This document shows positions 17,629 through 26,997 of a DNA stretch of 32,000 nt, one piece after another. The notes below the pieces were generated by a model. It searched no databases. It was not told where the DNA came from and was given only the letters and a program-made list of their open reading frames with translations. A program made the position numbers and the translations under genes. Origin of the DNA: an uncultured archaeon (lineage in GTDB: Archaea > Asgardarchaeota > Lokiarchaeia > Sigyniarchaeales > Promethearchaeaceae); contig CAYRPF010000010.1 of the NCBI GenBank assembly GCA_964426185.1, positions 26,186 through 58,185 on the forward strand, read 5' to 3'. Position 1 is the first letter of the stretch, and the number at the start of each line of letters is the position of its first letter.

Positions 17629-18855
17629 TTATACCTTTGAATTAAAATCACGAATTTTATGATTTAGTCTTTCATGAATTGCATGGATAGGTAGATCAGC
17701 ATTTGAAATTATCGATTTCCTTCCTTTGATGTTTTTCGAAACGACATTTGCTTTAACTAATCCAAAATGTGAAAAATGTTGCAAGTAAATCCATAATTGT
17801 GTATTTTTCCTTGGTTTTTTTTGCAAATTGTCGCATATTTTTTCATAATGTTGTTTTAAATCTTTAAAAAGAAGATTTTGTTCACCTGTGTTAATCATTA
17901 AATCCATTATTGAAAATAGAAACAATATTTCATTGAAAGATAAAGAACCAATTAAATCGACATATGAATTTGGAATAGTATTACTTAAGGCGACATCTAT
18001 CTCTTCCTTTGAAACATTTTTCAATTCTTTTGATTCAGCAATCTTTACGGCATTTCTTATGATGTTTAATCCTTTTCTAACATCGCCTGAATCATCAATT
18101 TCACTCACAATATATTCAAGTGAATCTTTCGAAAACACACCAGGCTTTATGGCAGTTTTAATCCGGGCTGAGAGAATATCAAATAATTGTTCTTTGGTAT
18201 ATTTTTTCAAGGTTATTACATTCCCTTGCAGTGTACTTTTTGTAGAATCATCCAAATTTCCTAATAATATTAAATTTCTAACGATAACTATTAAAGAAAT
18301 ATAGTTTTTTCGATCAAAATTCGATTCATTAAGGCGAGAAAGGCTGTATATTAAATTGAAATGGGTCATTCGTAAATAATTCAGTTCATCTAAGGTTAAA
18401 ATCAAGTAAATTTCAGATTTAATTAAGTAATCTTCTAAAAATAATATAAGTTCTTGAACAGAATAACCCCTAATTGGAATGCTACAATTCAAACATGAAA
18501 GAATACGATTAAGGATGTTATTTGGGGTTTTTTCTTTTCGACAATTAATATGAATATATTTTATATTTAAATTTCTCTTCATTGATGACATTAAAACCAT
18601 TTTTCCAAACGTTTTTGCAATAACGGTTTTTCCAATACCAATTTCTCCTTGAATTGTAACTTTTCGAGATATCAAAAATGGTTTTTCCAATAATTTTACG
18701 AATATTTTAGAGAGTAATATTAATTCTTCTTCGCGATGAAGTAAAATATCAGGAATATAATTGATTTCTAAGTGTTCTTCATGTAAGAATAAAGTATTTA
18801 GCAAATATTGCTCTTCCAGATAGTTAATATCCGAGTTTTGTTCCATAATTATCAA
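17629..18855 (-). CDS. cdc6: Orc1/Cdc6-family replication initiator AAA+ ATPase
   Basis: YIPDILLHREEEL, Walker A GEIGIGKT, HINCR, Walker B LTLDEL, YTKEQLFDILSARI, sensor-2 GDVRKGL, C-terminal wHTH. Confidence 0.95.
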   Translation of the reverse strand: MIIMEQNSDINYLEEQYLLNTLFLHEEHLEINYIPDILLHREEELILLSKIFVKLLEKPFLISRKVTIQGEIGIGKTVIAKTFGKMVLMSSMKRNLNIKYIHINCRKEKTPNNILNRILSCLNCSIPIRGYSVQELILFLEDYLIKSEIYLILTLDELNYLRMTHFNLIYSLSRLNESNFDRKNYISLIVIVRNLILLGNLDDSTKSTLQGNVITLKKYTKEQLFDILSARIKTAIKPGVFSKDSLEYIVSEIDDSGDVRKGLNIIRNAVKIAESKELKNVSKEEIDVALSNTIPNSYVDLIGSLSFNEILFLFSIMDLMINTGEQNLLFKDLKQHYEKICDNLQKKPRKNTQLWIYLQHFSHFGLVKANVVSKNIKGRKSIISNADLPIHAIHERLNHKIRDFNSKV

Positions 18856-18907
18856 TACATCTTAAATTGTCGGTATTAAATTAAAGAGAAAAAGAATGAA
18901 GATTTTC

Positions 18908-19120
18908 TTATTTATTATAAAAATCTTCGAAAAAGGATAAAACTGAACTAAATTGATCTTCAATCCATCCGTAGATATTTGTTACAATCCCAATTAAAAT
19001 TAAAAACAAAATTAATGAAAGGGCAATAAGTAATCCAGTTTCAAGCATCGAACTGCCAGAATTATCTCTTAATAGTTTTTTCCAAAACTTTTCTTGTTTA
19101 TTATCAATTTTTCTAAACAT
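18908..19120 (-). CDS. Flp-like short type IV pilin (class III signal peptide)
   Basis: Basic leader ...LLRDNSG|SSMLE (Gly at -1, Glu at +5), a ~20-aa hydrophobic helix and a short amphipathic tail. An A24 peptidase and pilus ATPase are in the same cluster. Confidence 0.82.
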   Translation of the reverse strand: MFRKIDNKQEKFWKKLLRDNSGSSMLETGLLIALSLILFLILIGIVTNIYGWIEDQFSSVLSFFEDFYNK

Positions 19121-19488
19121 AATCCTTAATTTCTCTAAATAATAAAAATTCCGAAATTTTAATAAATACGTTTCATTGTGATATTTGTTTAGGATTTAAA
19201 GATTTACGTTGTTTTTTAACAATGAGGAACCTCGCTTCTTGCTCTTGACCGAGGATTTTTAAATAGATGAAAATCTAATCTTAGAATAGAAACGTCTTCG
19301 ATGTCAGGGATTTTGATGATTTATCAAATGAAAACCTGAAATTGAATTGAAACGACTAAGAACCTCGAAGAAAGGGAAAAAAAGCATTAAATTTGTCAAG
19401 AATTTGCTTTGAGTATCCCGAATAGTTGGATATCTTAGTATTATATTCACATAATACACAAAAAAGCGGGTATTAAATCCATAAACAT

Positions 19489-22400
19489 CTATATTAATAT
19501 TTTTTTTCCCATTCTCTTTTTTGGGCGGAATTTTATTATATTTTGCTTTTTCAAAAAACTAAATGAGCCTATTATAAATAAAACCCCAAGAGTGCTTGTT
19601 AGATAGGGTTTTATCTTATCCAAATTATAATAAACATGAAAAATTATTGCAATTTCATCATATTCATTATTTAAATCTCGAATTTTAAGTGTAATATTTA
19701 AATCAATATTATAATCATTAATAAATACAATAATTTCTGATTTATTTATGGAATAAATAACTTGATCAACTAACCAAATAATGGTAGCTGGAAGATTACC
19801 CAAATCTCCAATAAAAATAAATTTTACATAAGTTTGACTTACAATTTTTGAAACATTTGATGTAAAAGATGCATTAGGCATAAGATTTGGAAATACTTCT
19901 ATAAATCTATTAATAATTAAAAAATCTTGATCTCCATCTATATCAAACACATTTAAAGAAACTGAATAATTTCCTTGAGTTAAATAGCGATGTACGGGAT
20001 TTTTTTCCGTTGAATTATTTCCATCTCCGAAATCCCATATCATTTTTTGCAATCCATTTCCTTCAAATCCAGTAAAGAAAAATAAAATATCCTGGGTTTC
20101 TACAGTTAATGAAGAATTTGTGGAAAAACTGGCAATTGGAAGTAGATCAGGGTTTACTTGTATCATACAAGTCGTGATATTTTGTTCATCTCCATCCCAA
20201 TCAATAATTATCAAAGATGCTTGAAATATTCCTGGGTCCAAGTAACGGTGTATAGGTGAAATATCACTTGAATTACTTCCATCTCCAAAATCCCAAAAGA
20301 AAGTACTTGGATGATTTCCATAATTACCAATAGGTGAAAATTCAATATACTCTCCTTGAATGCATATTGAATTATTTACTCTAATTGAAACATTGGGAAA
20401 ATAATCTTCATTAATAAAAAACGAAATATTTGTTAGAAATACATCTAAATCAAAATCTACAATTGTTAGAGTTAAATTGACAACACCTGACGAATTAAAA
20501 GAATAAGAGAATGTCTCTTGATAAAGAAATATTCCATTCCCTAAATCCCAGCAGTAGGAAATGGGTAAATTTCCAGTAACATTTAATGCTTGAAAAGATA
20601 TAGAGTAATTTCTTATCAATTTGGATGTATTTATATGAATATATCCACTCGGATGTAGATCTTCAGAAACACAAAGTGGAACTGAATTTAAATATTGATC
20701 TTTATCAGAATTTTGATCAATTACTGTTAATGTAATTGAAAAATTCCCTGGAAATTTATATATATGTGATGGAGTCCTTTCTGTGGAATTTTTTCCATCT
20801 CCAAAGTCCCAAAAAAAGCAATTTTTTCCATTACCTTCCAAACCATTGAATTGGAAATCCACAGATTGTCCCGCAACTATATTATTTTTGCTTATATTAT
20901 AAGATGCTTGTGGAATAAGATTCTGTTCTATTGATATTGTTTTGGTTGTTGAAAAACAATCGCCATCGTGATCAGTAATCAACAAAGTAACATTGAATAT
21001 ACCAGGATATTCATAAATATTACTCGGTGAATCTTCTTGAGTAAAATTTCCATCTCCAAAATCCCAAAAAACTAAGTATGGTGAATTTCCAAAACACCCA
21101 GAGAAATTAAAAAGAACTAAATCACCAGTATAAAAAGTAATATTTTCATAAGAAATATTGCCATTTGGAAGAAAATCGATTGATATATTTAATACTTTTA
21201 ATATTTGCGATTCTTGCATGTCTTGATCTCTAATTTTTAACTTTACATTTATCATTCCCGGTTCTGAATAGATATGGATTGGATTTCTTTCACTGGAATT
21301 AGTTCCATCTCCAAAGTCCCAAAAGAAAACTGTTGGATTATTTCCTAGTTGTCCCGTAAAATTGAATTGTATCTCCTGACTCATAAATAAAAATGGAGAA
21401 CTGATTGAGAAATTTGCTATTGGATAAAGATCCATTTCAATATTTACAAGCATATAGTGAATTGAAGTATCATTATCTTTGTCTATGACAGTTAAACTAA
21501 TATTGTGGATTCCTATTTGTTGAAAGAAATGAACGGGGTTAATATCAGATGAATTTGTTCCATCTCCGAAGTCCCAAAAGAAAACTGTTGGATTATTTCC
21601 TAGTTGTCCCGTAAAATTGAATTGTATCTCCTGACTCATAAATAAAAATGGAGAACTGATTGAGAAATTTGCTATTGGATAAAGATCCATTTCAATATTT
21701 ACAAGCATATAGTGAATTGAAGTATCATTATCTTTGTCTATGACAGTTAAACTAATATTGTGGATTCCTATTTGTTGAAAGAAATGAACGGGGTTAATAT
21801 CAGATGAATTTGTTCCATCTCCGAAGTCCCAAAAGAAAATTGTTGGATTATTTCCTAGTTGTCCCGTAAAATTGAATTGTATCACAGAAAAAACATATAA
21901 TGTTGAATTAGAAATTAAGAAATCTGAAAAAGGAACGAAATTTTGTTCAATTTTGATAAAATTTTCTTTTAATAATATATCAAAATTTCCTTTATCATTA
22001 AAAATTTTTAATGTAACTGAAAAATTACCTACAAAATTATAACAATGAATAGGATTTCTCTCAGTAGAATTTGTTCCATCTCCGAATTCCCAAAGGAAAT
22101 TGCAAATAGAATCTCCATCCAAACCTGTAAATTCAAAAGCAATAGATTCATTCAAATAAGCATAAGATGTGTTTGCTTTAAAATCTGAATATAAGGGGCA
22201 AGGAATTTCCAATGAATTAGATGTGGAATTGGTTATATATTCATTTCCATTAAAAATTACTTTGAAAATATAATATGGTGGATTTTCTGTTTTTGAAAAT
22301 TCCTTCAATTGACTCCAAGATATTTCATAAAAAAAACATGATGAGTTCAGTATGTTTTCAAGTGAAGAATTAACTACAATCCAAGTTTGATTTAATATCA

Positions 22401-23589
22401 CCATTAGATCAAATTCATTCAAATTAAGCTGAGATATTTTAATCTGATTAGTTTCTTCTAATAACAAACGAATAGAGTTCTCATTTGAGTAATTTAACAG
22501 TGAAAGTTTTAAATTTAATACTTTTGGTTTGAAATGAACAGCATATGTAGTATTTTTTATCTCATAACTTGGATAGCTCCCCCAAAGACTAAATGAGAAA
22601 TTTCCCACTTGATTTGGATTGGAAAATAAAATTTTGTAAATTCCATCTTTGAAAATGATTTCTTGATAGTTGAAATTTGCTCTAACACCCCAGACAATGT
22701 CTTCTTGAGTAAATGAAATATTTTTAGAGTTAAATAATCTAAAATCAAATTCAATCATTGGACTAAATAAAATAATTTCTTGGTCAGAATTATTGAGCAT
22801 TTGGGGATAAATTCTACATGGAATAATCTCAACTAATAGGTTGATTTGATGATTTAGAAACTGGAGATTAGATGAAATATTTATTATAAGTGAAAAATTA
22901 CCGATTGAAGTTAAATTGAAATTATTGAAATCTATTTCAAATTTTCCAGATAAATTTACACAAAAATGAGAAACAATGACTTCTGTCTCATTTTTATAAA
23001 AGAAAAGTTCGACTAATCCAGTGTATTTTTTATCTGGATTTTCAAAAGCTACGATTTCATTTGTATATTTGTAATAATTATCAAATTCAAATGAAATTTT
23101 TGTAGAATTGTTATATAATAAAGGAGAATATTTCTTAATTTCAATTTTTTTTTCATATTTGTCAACCATCGAATTACTCGGTTCATCATTTATGTAAACG
23201 AAAAAAACTAAGACAATCCAATAAATCTTAGAAATTTGAGTTTGATTTAGTGAAATTTCATTGAGATTAAGAGATGTATTATAAAAATGGCATCCATTTG
23301 TAGATGGACAATTATTTATCCAAATAGCATTATCTAATAACTCATAAATTGAATAATTTTCTGAACTTTCATTAATAAAAAGAAGTTTCACAGACATATT
23401 TTCAGAACTTTGTGAATAGTAATCCCAAGTGGCATTTATAAGGATTTGTTCATCCATAAAATAACTATTTTTGTTCGTTTCAATTCGAGGTAAAGGTTCT
23501 AACGGTATAAATGAAGAGATGTTTTTGATATTTACCAAAAATAAAGTGCAGATTAAAATCCCTATCTTTATTATTACAGATCTTTTCAT
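19489..23589 (-). CDS. Large cell-surface PKD-repeat protein
   Basis: Signal peptide, nine W(D/E)(F/L)G(D/N)G PKD motifs plus one degenerate repeat, C-terminal TM with basic tail, many N-x-S/T sequons. Confidence 0.92.
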   Translation of the reverse strand: MKRSVIIKIGILICTLFLVNIKNISSFIPLEPLPRIETNKNSYFMDEQILINATWDYYSQSSENMSVKLLFINESSENYSIYELLDNAIWINNCPSTNGCHFYNTSLNLNEISLNQTQISKIYWIVLVFFVYINDEPSNSMVDKYEKKIEIKKYSPLLYNNSTKISFEFDNYYKYTNEIVAFENPDKKYTGLVELFFYKNETEVIVSHFCVNLSGKFEIDFNNFNLTSIGNFSLIINISSNLQFLNHQINLLVEIIPCRIYPQMLNNSDQEIILFSPMIEFDFRLFNSKNISFTQEDIVWGVRANFNYQEIIFKDGIYKILFSNPNQVGNFSFSLWGSYPSYEIKNTTYAVHFKPKVLNLKLSLLNYSNENSIRLLLEETNQIKISQLNLNEFDLMVILNQTWIVVNSSLENILNSSCFFYEISWSQLKEFSKTENPPYYIFKVIFNGNEYITNSTSNSLEIPCPLYSDFKANTSYAYLNESIAFEFTGLDGDSICNFLWEFGDGTNSTERNPIHCYNFVGNFSVTLKIFNDKGNFDILLKENFIKIEQNFVPFSDFLISNSTLYVFSVIQFNFTGQLGNNPTIFFWDFGDGTNSSDINPVHFFQQIGIHNISLTVIDKDNDTSIHYMLVNIEMDLYPIANFSISSPFLFMSQEIQFNFTGQLGNNPTVFFWDFGDGTNSSDINPVHFFQQIGIHNISLTVIDKDNDTSIHYMLVNIEMDLYPIANFSISSPFLFMSQEIQFNFTGQLGNNPTVFFWDFGDGTNSSERNPIHIYSEPGMINVKLKIRDQDMQESQILKVLNISIDFLPNGNISYENITFYTGDLVLFNFSGCFGNSPYLVFWDFGDGNFTQEDSPSNIYEYPGIFNVTLLITDHDGDCFSTTKTISIEQNLIPQASYNISKNNIVAGQSVDFQFNGLEGNGKNCFFWDFGDGKNSTERTPSHIYKFPGNFSITLTVIDQNSDKDQYLNSVPLCVSEDLHPSGYIHINTSKLIRNYSISFQALNVTGNLPISYCWDLGNGIFLYQETFSYSFNSSGVVNLTLTIVDFDLDVFLTNISFFINEDYFPNVSIRVNNSICIQGEYIEFSPIGNYGNHPSTFFWDFGDGSNSSDISPIHRYLDPGIFQASLIIIDWDGDEQNITTCMIQVNPDLLPIASFSTNSSLTVETQDILFFFTGFEGNGLQKMIWDFGDGNNSTEKNPVHRYLTQGNYSVSLNVFDIDGDQDFLIINRFIEVFPNLMPNASFTSNVSKIVSQTYVKFIFIGDLGNLPATIIWLVDQVIYSINKSEIIVFINDYNIDLNITLKIRDLNNEYDEIAIIFHVYYNLDKIKPYLTSTLGVLFIIGSFSFLKKQNIIKFRPKKRMGKKILI
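21302..21883. repeat. Tandem 255-bp repeat (~2.3 copies) encoding an 85-aa PKD unit
   Basis: GTCCCAAAAGAAAA occurs at 21316, 21571 and 21826 (period 255). The copies are nearly identical at the DNA level. Confidence 0.95.
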
Positions 23590-23708
23590 ATTAATAATTA
23601 TACACTTTTATTTTTTAATCTCGATAGAATATAATTTTAGTTTCATTTGCTGTTAATGAATCATAAAATTCAAATTATTGGGGTAATTGACTATTTTAGG
23701 TGTTAGAA

Positions 23709-23909
23709 ATGGGTAAAGTTAGACCAGTCTTTATTAAAAAAGTCTCTAAAGAATTAATTCAGAAATATCCTGAAGTATTTTCAGTGGATTTTGAAGAAAA
23801 TAAAAAAAAACTTCAAAAATATACCGTTATTCAATCTAAATTAGTAAGAAATCGTATTGCAGGATATCTTACTCATTTAGTAAAGAATAAAAAAGAAAAA
23901 ATTGAATAA
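23709..23909 (+). CDS. rps17e: 30S ribosomal protein eS17
   Basis: MGKVRPVFIKK...DFEENKK...SKLVRNRIAGYLT. Confidence 0.97.
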   Translation: MGKVRPVFIKKVSKELIQKYPEVFSVDFEENKKKLQKYTVIQSKLVRNRIAGYLTHLVKNKKEKIE

Positions 23910-23914
23910 ATTCG

Positions 23915-24325
23915 ATGCCTATGTCGGAAAAATCAGTGAAAAAAATGGCAAATTTGCTCCGAAAAGGGGCAACTATGCTGGATAAGTATTGTCCTCAATG
24001 TAATGGGATTTTATTTAGGTTACAGAATAATGATCTTTTTTGTCCTAATTGTAATCAAAAAGTAATCATTGTAAAAGATGAGGATAGTATTTCAAATACA
24101 AATTATTCAGATGATATCGAAAAAAGGGATAATGGTTATAAGAATCCAGAATCTTCAAAATTTGATGATCTTTTTTTTGAACTCCAATTTAAATTTGTCC
24201 AATTGATGAAAAATCTAATCTCTCGAATAGAGCAAACTTCAGATTTATTATTAATCGAAAAAAGTCTTGCTTGTATTGAAAAAATAATTTCAATAATTCA
24301 GAAATTAAATGAATTAAAAAAATAA
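23915..24325 (+). CDS. Sjogren's syndrome/scleroderma autoantigen 1 (Auto_anti-p27/UPF0148) family Zn-ribbon protein
   Basis: MANLLRKGATMLDKYCPQCNGILF...FCPNC. Confidence 0.9.
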   Translation: MPMSEKSVKKMANLLRKGATMLDKYCPQCNGILFRLQNNDLFCPNCNQKVIIVKDEDSISNTNYSDDIEKRDNGYKNPESSKFDDLFFELQFKFVQLMKNLISRIEQTSDLLLIEKSLACIEKIISIIQKLNELKK

Positions 24326-24359
24326 ATTTAATGCAAGAACAAACAATTTCAAAATGGAA

Positions 24360-24434
24360 GCTTCCATAGTGTAGTTCGGTCAAGCATTTGAGGCTCTCAC
24401 CCTCAAGACTCGGGTTCAAATCCCGATGGAAGCA
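24360..24434 (+). tRNA. tRNA-Glu (anticodon CTC), intronless, CCA not encoded
   Basis: Acceptor stem GCTTCCA/TGGAAGC plus discriminator A; anticodon arm TGAGG-CTCTCAC-CCTCA; T arm TCGGG-TTCAAAT-CCCGA. Confidence 0.97.
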
Positions 24435-24483
24435 TCTTTTTCCTAAAATTCAATGATTTTAAGTTGAAATAAACGAGTTTTAA

Positions 24484-25779
24484 ATGATGAATCCCAGCAA
24501 AACAAAATTTTTTTTCATTAAAACATTCGGTTGTACTTATAACTTAGCAGATTCTTTAAAAATTGAAAGGATTCTATCTACTTATCATTATATCAAAGTT
24601 GATGATATAAATTTATCAAATATTATTATTATAAATACTTGTGCAGTAAAACATGCAACAGAAACAAAAATTTTGTATTATATTCAGAAACAACGAAATC
24701 AATATCCTGATAAGCAATTTATTATTATTGGTTGTTTACCACAGATTGGAAGAAAAATGAAACAAAAGATTCAAAACTTGCTTTTAGAAAATGATTTTAT
24801 AGTAAAACCTTTAGAAATTAACAAAATTCCTTATTTATTGGACAATTCACTTAAAACTGATTCTTTAATTCCAAAGTCTGCAATTATTCCAAGTAAACTT
24901 AAACACCAAAATGTTGGAATTATACAAATATCTGAAGGTTGCAATAATTCTTGCACATATTGTTGCACTACAATTGCACGTGGGAAATTGATATCATTTG
25001 ATTCCTGCTCGATATTGGATCAAATAAAACTACAATATCTTGATGGAATTGATCATTTTTATTTAACTAGCCAAGATTTGGGTAACTATAATTATAATGG
25101 AAAAAACCTCATTCATCTTCTTAGAGATATCTTAAATCTTCAAGGAAATTTCCAAATTCGGCTTGGAATGACAAATCCCGATTTTCTTATCAAATCAATT
25201 GAAGAATTTCTAACAATTTTTCAAGATCATCGTATTTTTCGATTTTTACATATTCCTATCCAATCTGGAAGTAATAATATTTTGAAATTAATGGGAAGAA
25301 AATACAAAATCGAAGAAGTAAGGCAAATTATTCAGAAAATAAAGGAATTCGATAAAAATTTTACGTTTTCCACTGATATTATTGTAGGATTTCCAACAGA
25401 ACAAGAAGAAGATTTTCAAGAAACGGTAGATTTCATTAAAGAATGGCAACCTTTTAATTTAAATATTTCAAAATATTCGGTTCGACCAAATACTCTCGCA
25501 AAAAAAATGAATCAAATCCCATCTCAAGAAATAAAGCGTCGTTCCACTATTTTACATGAAATATATAAAGATTATTCGCATCAATTGCGAAAAAATTGGA
25601 TTGGTTGGGAAGGAACCGCAATTATTTCCAATTTTACTTCTGAGAAATGCAATAGTTTAGTTAGAAATGCTTACAATATCCCAATTTTTATTGAACAACA
25701 AATAGAAAAGAAGATTATCAAAATTAAAATTAAAAAAATCAAGCAAAATAAGTTGATAGGGATTTACTCTAAAGATTAA
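24484..25779 (+). CDS. tRNA methylthiotransferase (radical SAM; e-MtaB/CDKAL1-type likely)
   Basis: UPF0004 domain TFGCTYNLADS, NTCAVK, GCLPQ; CxxxCxxC (CNNSCTYC); HIPIQSGS; TDIIVGFPTE. Confidence 0.9.
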   Translation: MMNPSKTKFFFIKTFGCTYNLADSLKIERILSTYHYIKVDDINLSNIIIINTCAVKHATETKILYYIQKQRNQYPDKQFIIIGCLPQIGRKMKQKIQNLLLENDFIVKPLEINKIPYLLDNSLKTDSLIPKSAIIPSKLKHQNVGIIQISEGCNNSCTYCCTTIARGKLISFDSCSILDQIKLQYLDGIDHFYLTSQDLGNYNYNGKNLIHLLRDILNLQGNFQIRLGMTNPDFLIKSIEEFLTIFQDHRIFRFLHIPIQSGSNNILKLMGRKYKIEEVRQIIQKIKEFDKNFTFSTDIIVGFPTEQEEDFQETVDFIKEWQPFNLNISKYSVRPNTLAKKMNQIPSQEIKRRSTILHEIYKDYSHQLRKNWIGWEGTAIISNFTSEKCNSLVRNAYNIPIFIEQQIEKKIIKIKIKKIKQNKLIGIYSKD

Positions 25780-26860
25780 AGAATGGTTTGAAAATTTTTA
25801 CATAATGATCTCTAATAGAATATTCTGGAATTTGCATCGCTAAAGAAGCAATTTTTTGGGTTAAAATTGGTTTAGAATTGAATTCTCTTGCAAGAAGTCT
25901 ATCAGCACAATATACAACAGTAGATGCTAATATGTAGGGATTTCTTGATGCACGAATATTATAATGAAGAGTTTTTAAAATATGCAAGCATTTTTTATTT
26001 AATAACCTTCTATATTCTTCCTTATGCCATTGTGATCCTTTTTGGATCATTCTCTCCATTACATCTCTTGAACTAACTACATTATCAATAAATCGGCTAA
26101 TATAATCTTCGCTTTGATGTGGTTTTGTTCGAGTGGTTAGATATTTTTGATATTCCAAATAGTCACGGATTATTAATTTTGGATTTATTCTATGACCTAG
26201 TAATCTAAATGTATTACAGATCTCCTTGATACTAATTGGTGAATGAGATTTATTTTCTTTTGATGCTTGAAAAATACAAAAACCAATTAGAGAAACATGA
26301 TTTACAATAGCAGGCGCTTTTCTTTTAATTTCATGATATAGATATGCAGTTCGAGATTTTACGGGTTTAGAAAGGCATAAGTATTCTGAAATCTGGCCTA
26401 AAATTTTCAAAATTCTGTAATCCGTTTCATGATTTTTTATTTTTGTTGGAAGGGAATAGAATTTCTTGAGTTTGGAAAATTTCTTTTGATTTCTGGCTGA
26501 AATCAGTTTCTTTTTATAATCATAAAATGTATATTTAGAAAAAAAATCTATGTGACTACCTAAAGTACATATACTATCAACAGTTTTACCAATTGAAACA
26601 AATTGTGTACTTGAACATTGATGAAAATCTGAAATTTCATTAATTTGATAGCTTTCAGCGAAACTATAAGAATCAAAAACCAAACCACAATTTTGACAGA
26701 CAATTTCATGTTCATTATTGATTAAAACTCCACCACATTCAGAACATCGCTGTTTTTTTAAATGCTCTATTTTTGAGACATCTGAAGTCATAAGTTGAGA
26801 AATGATGCGTATTAGATTGTTAAATGATTTTTTGGGTTTAGATGTAATTTTGAATGTCAA
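25769..26860 (-). CDS. Divergent transcription initiation factor IIB (TFB) paralog
   Basis: Zn ribbon CSECGG...EIVCQNCGLV. Two cyclin-fold repeats (ISEYLCLS...LYHEI...SIKEI; SRNPYILASTVVY...LTQKIAS...EYSIRDHY). Start uncertain (TTG 26860 or ATG 26791). Confidence 0.8.
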   Translation of the reverse strand: MTFKITSKPKKSFNNLIRIISQLMTSDVSKIEHLKKQRCSECGGVLINNEHEIVCQNCGLVFDSYSFAESYQINEISDFHQCSSTQFVSIGKTVDSICTLGSHIDFFSKYTFYDYKKKLISARNQKKFSKLKKFYSLPTKIKNHETDYRILKILGQISEYLCLSKPVKSRTAYLYHEIKRKAPAIVNHVSLIGFCIFQASKENKSHSPISIKEICNTFRLLGHRINPKLIIRDYLEYQKYLTTRTKPHQSEDYISRFIDNVVSSRDVMERMIQKGSQWHKEEYRRLLNKKCLHILKTLHYNIRASRNPYILASTVVYCADRLLAREFNSKPILTQKIASLAMQIPEYSIRDHYVKIFKPFFNL

Positions 26861-26997
26861 TATTTCTCTTTCAAAGGATTGAATGATATTATATGAGAGA
26901 CTTAATTGAAAATAAAAAATAAGAATAAATTCTCAAAATCTAATTCGCAATATTATTTAGGAGTTTATATCCATTTGAAATAAATTTGTAGTATTGT

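Noticed and set aside
12856-19120. Archaellum operon
   Set aside because: No archaellin-sized pilin and no ArlH/F/G-like genes; the pilin is short and Flp-like.
19267-19354. Mini-CRISPR interpretation of the two repeats ending in GAAT(A/T)GAAAC
   Set aside because: Only two poorly matching copies, no third unit and no cas genes; kept only as a candidate protein-binding site.
12856-24434. Integrated mobile element spanning the pilus-cdc6-PKD region with tRNA-Glu as attachment site
   Set aside because: No integrase, VirB4 or relaxase is present, no duplicated tRNA 3' end was seen at the far side, and rps17e lies between the cluster and the tRNA.
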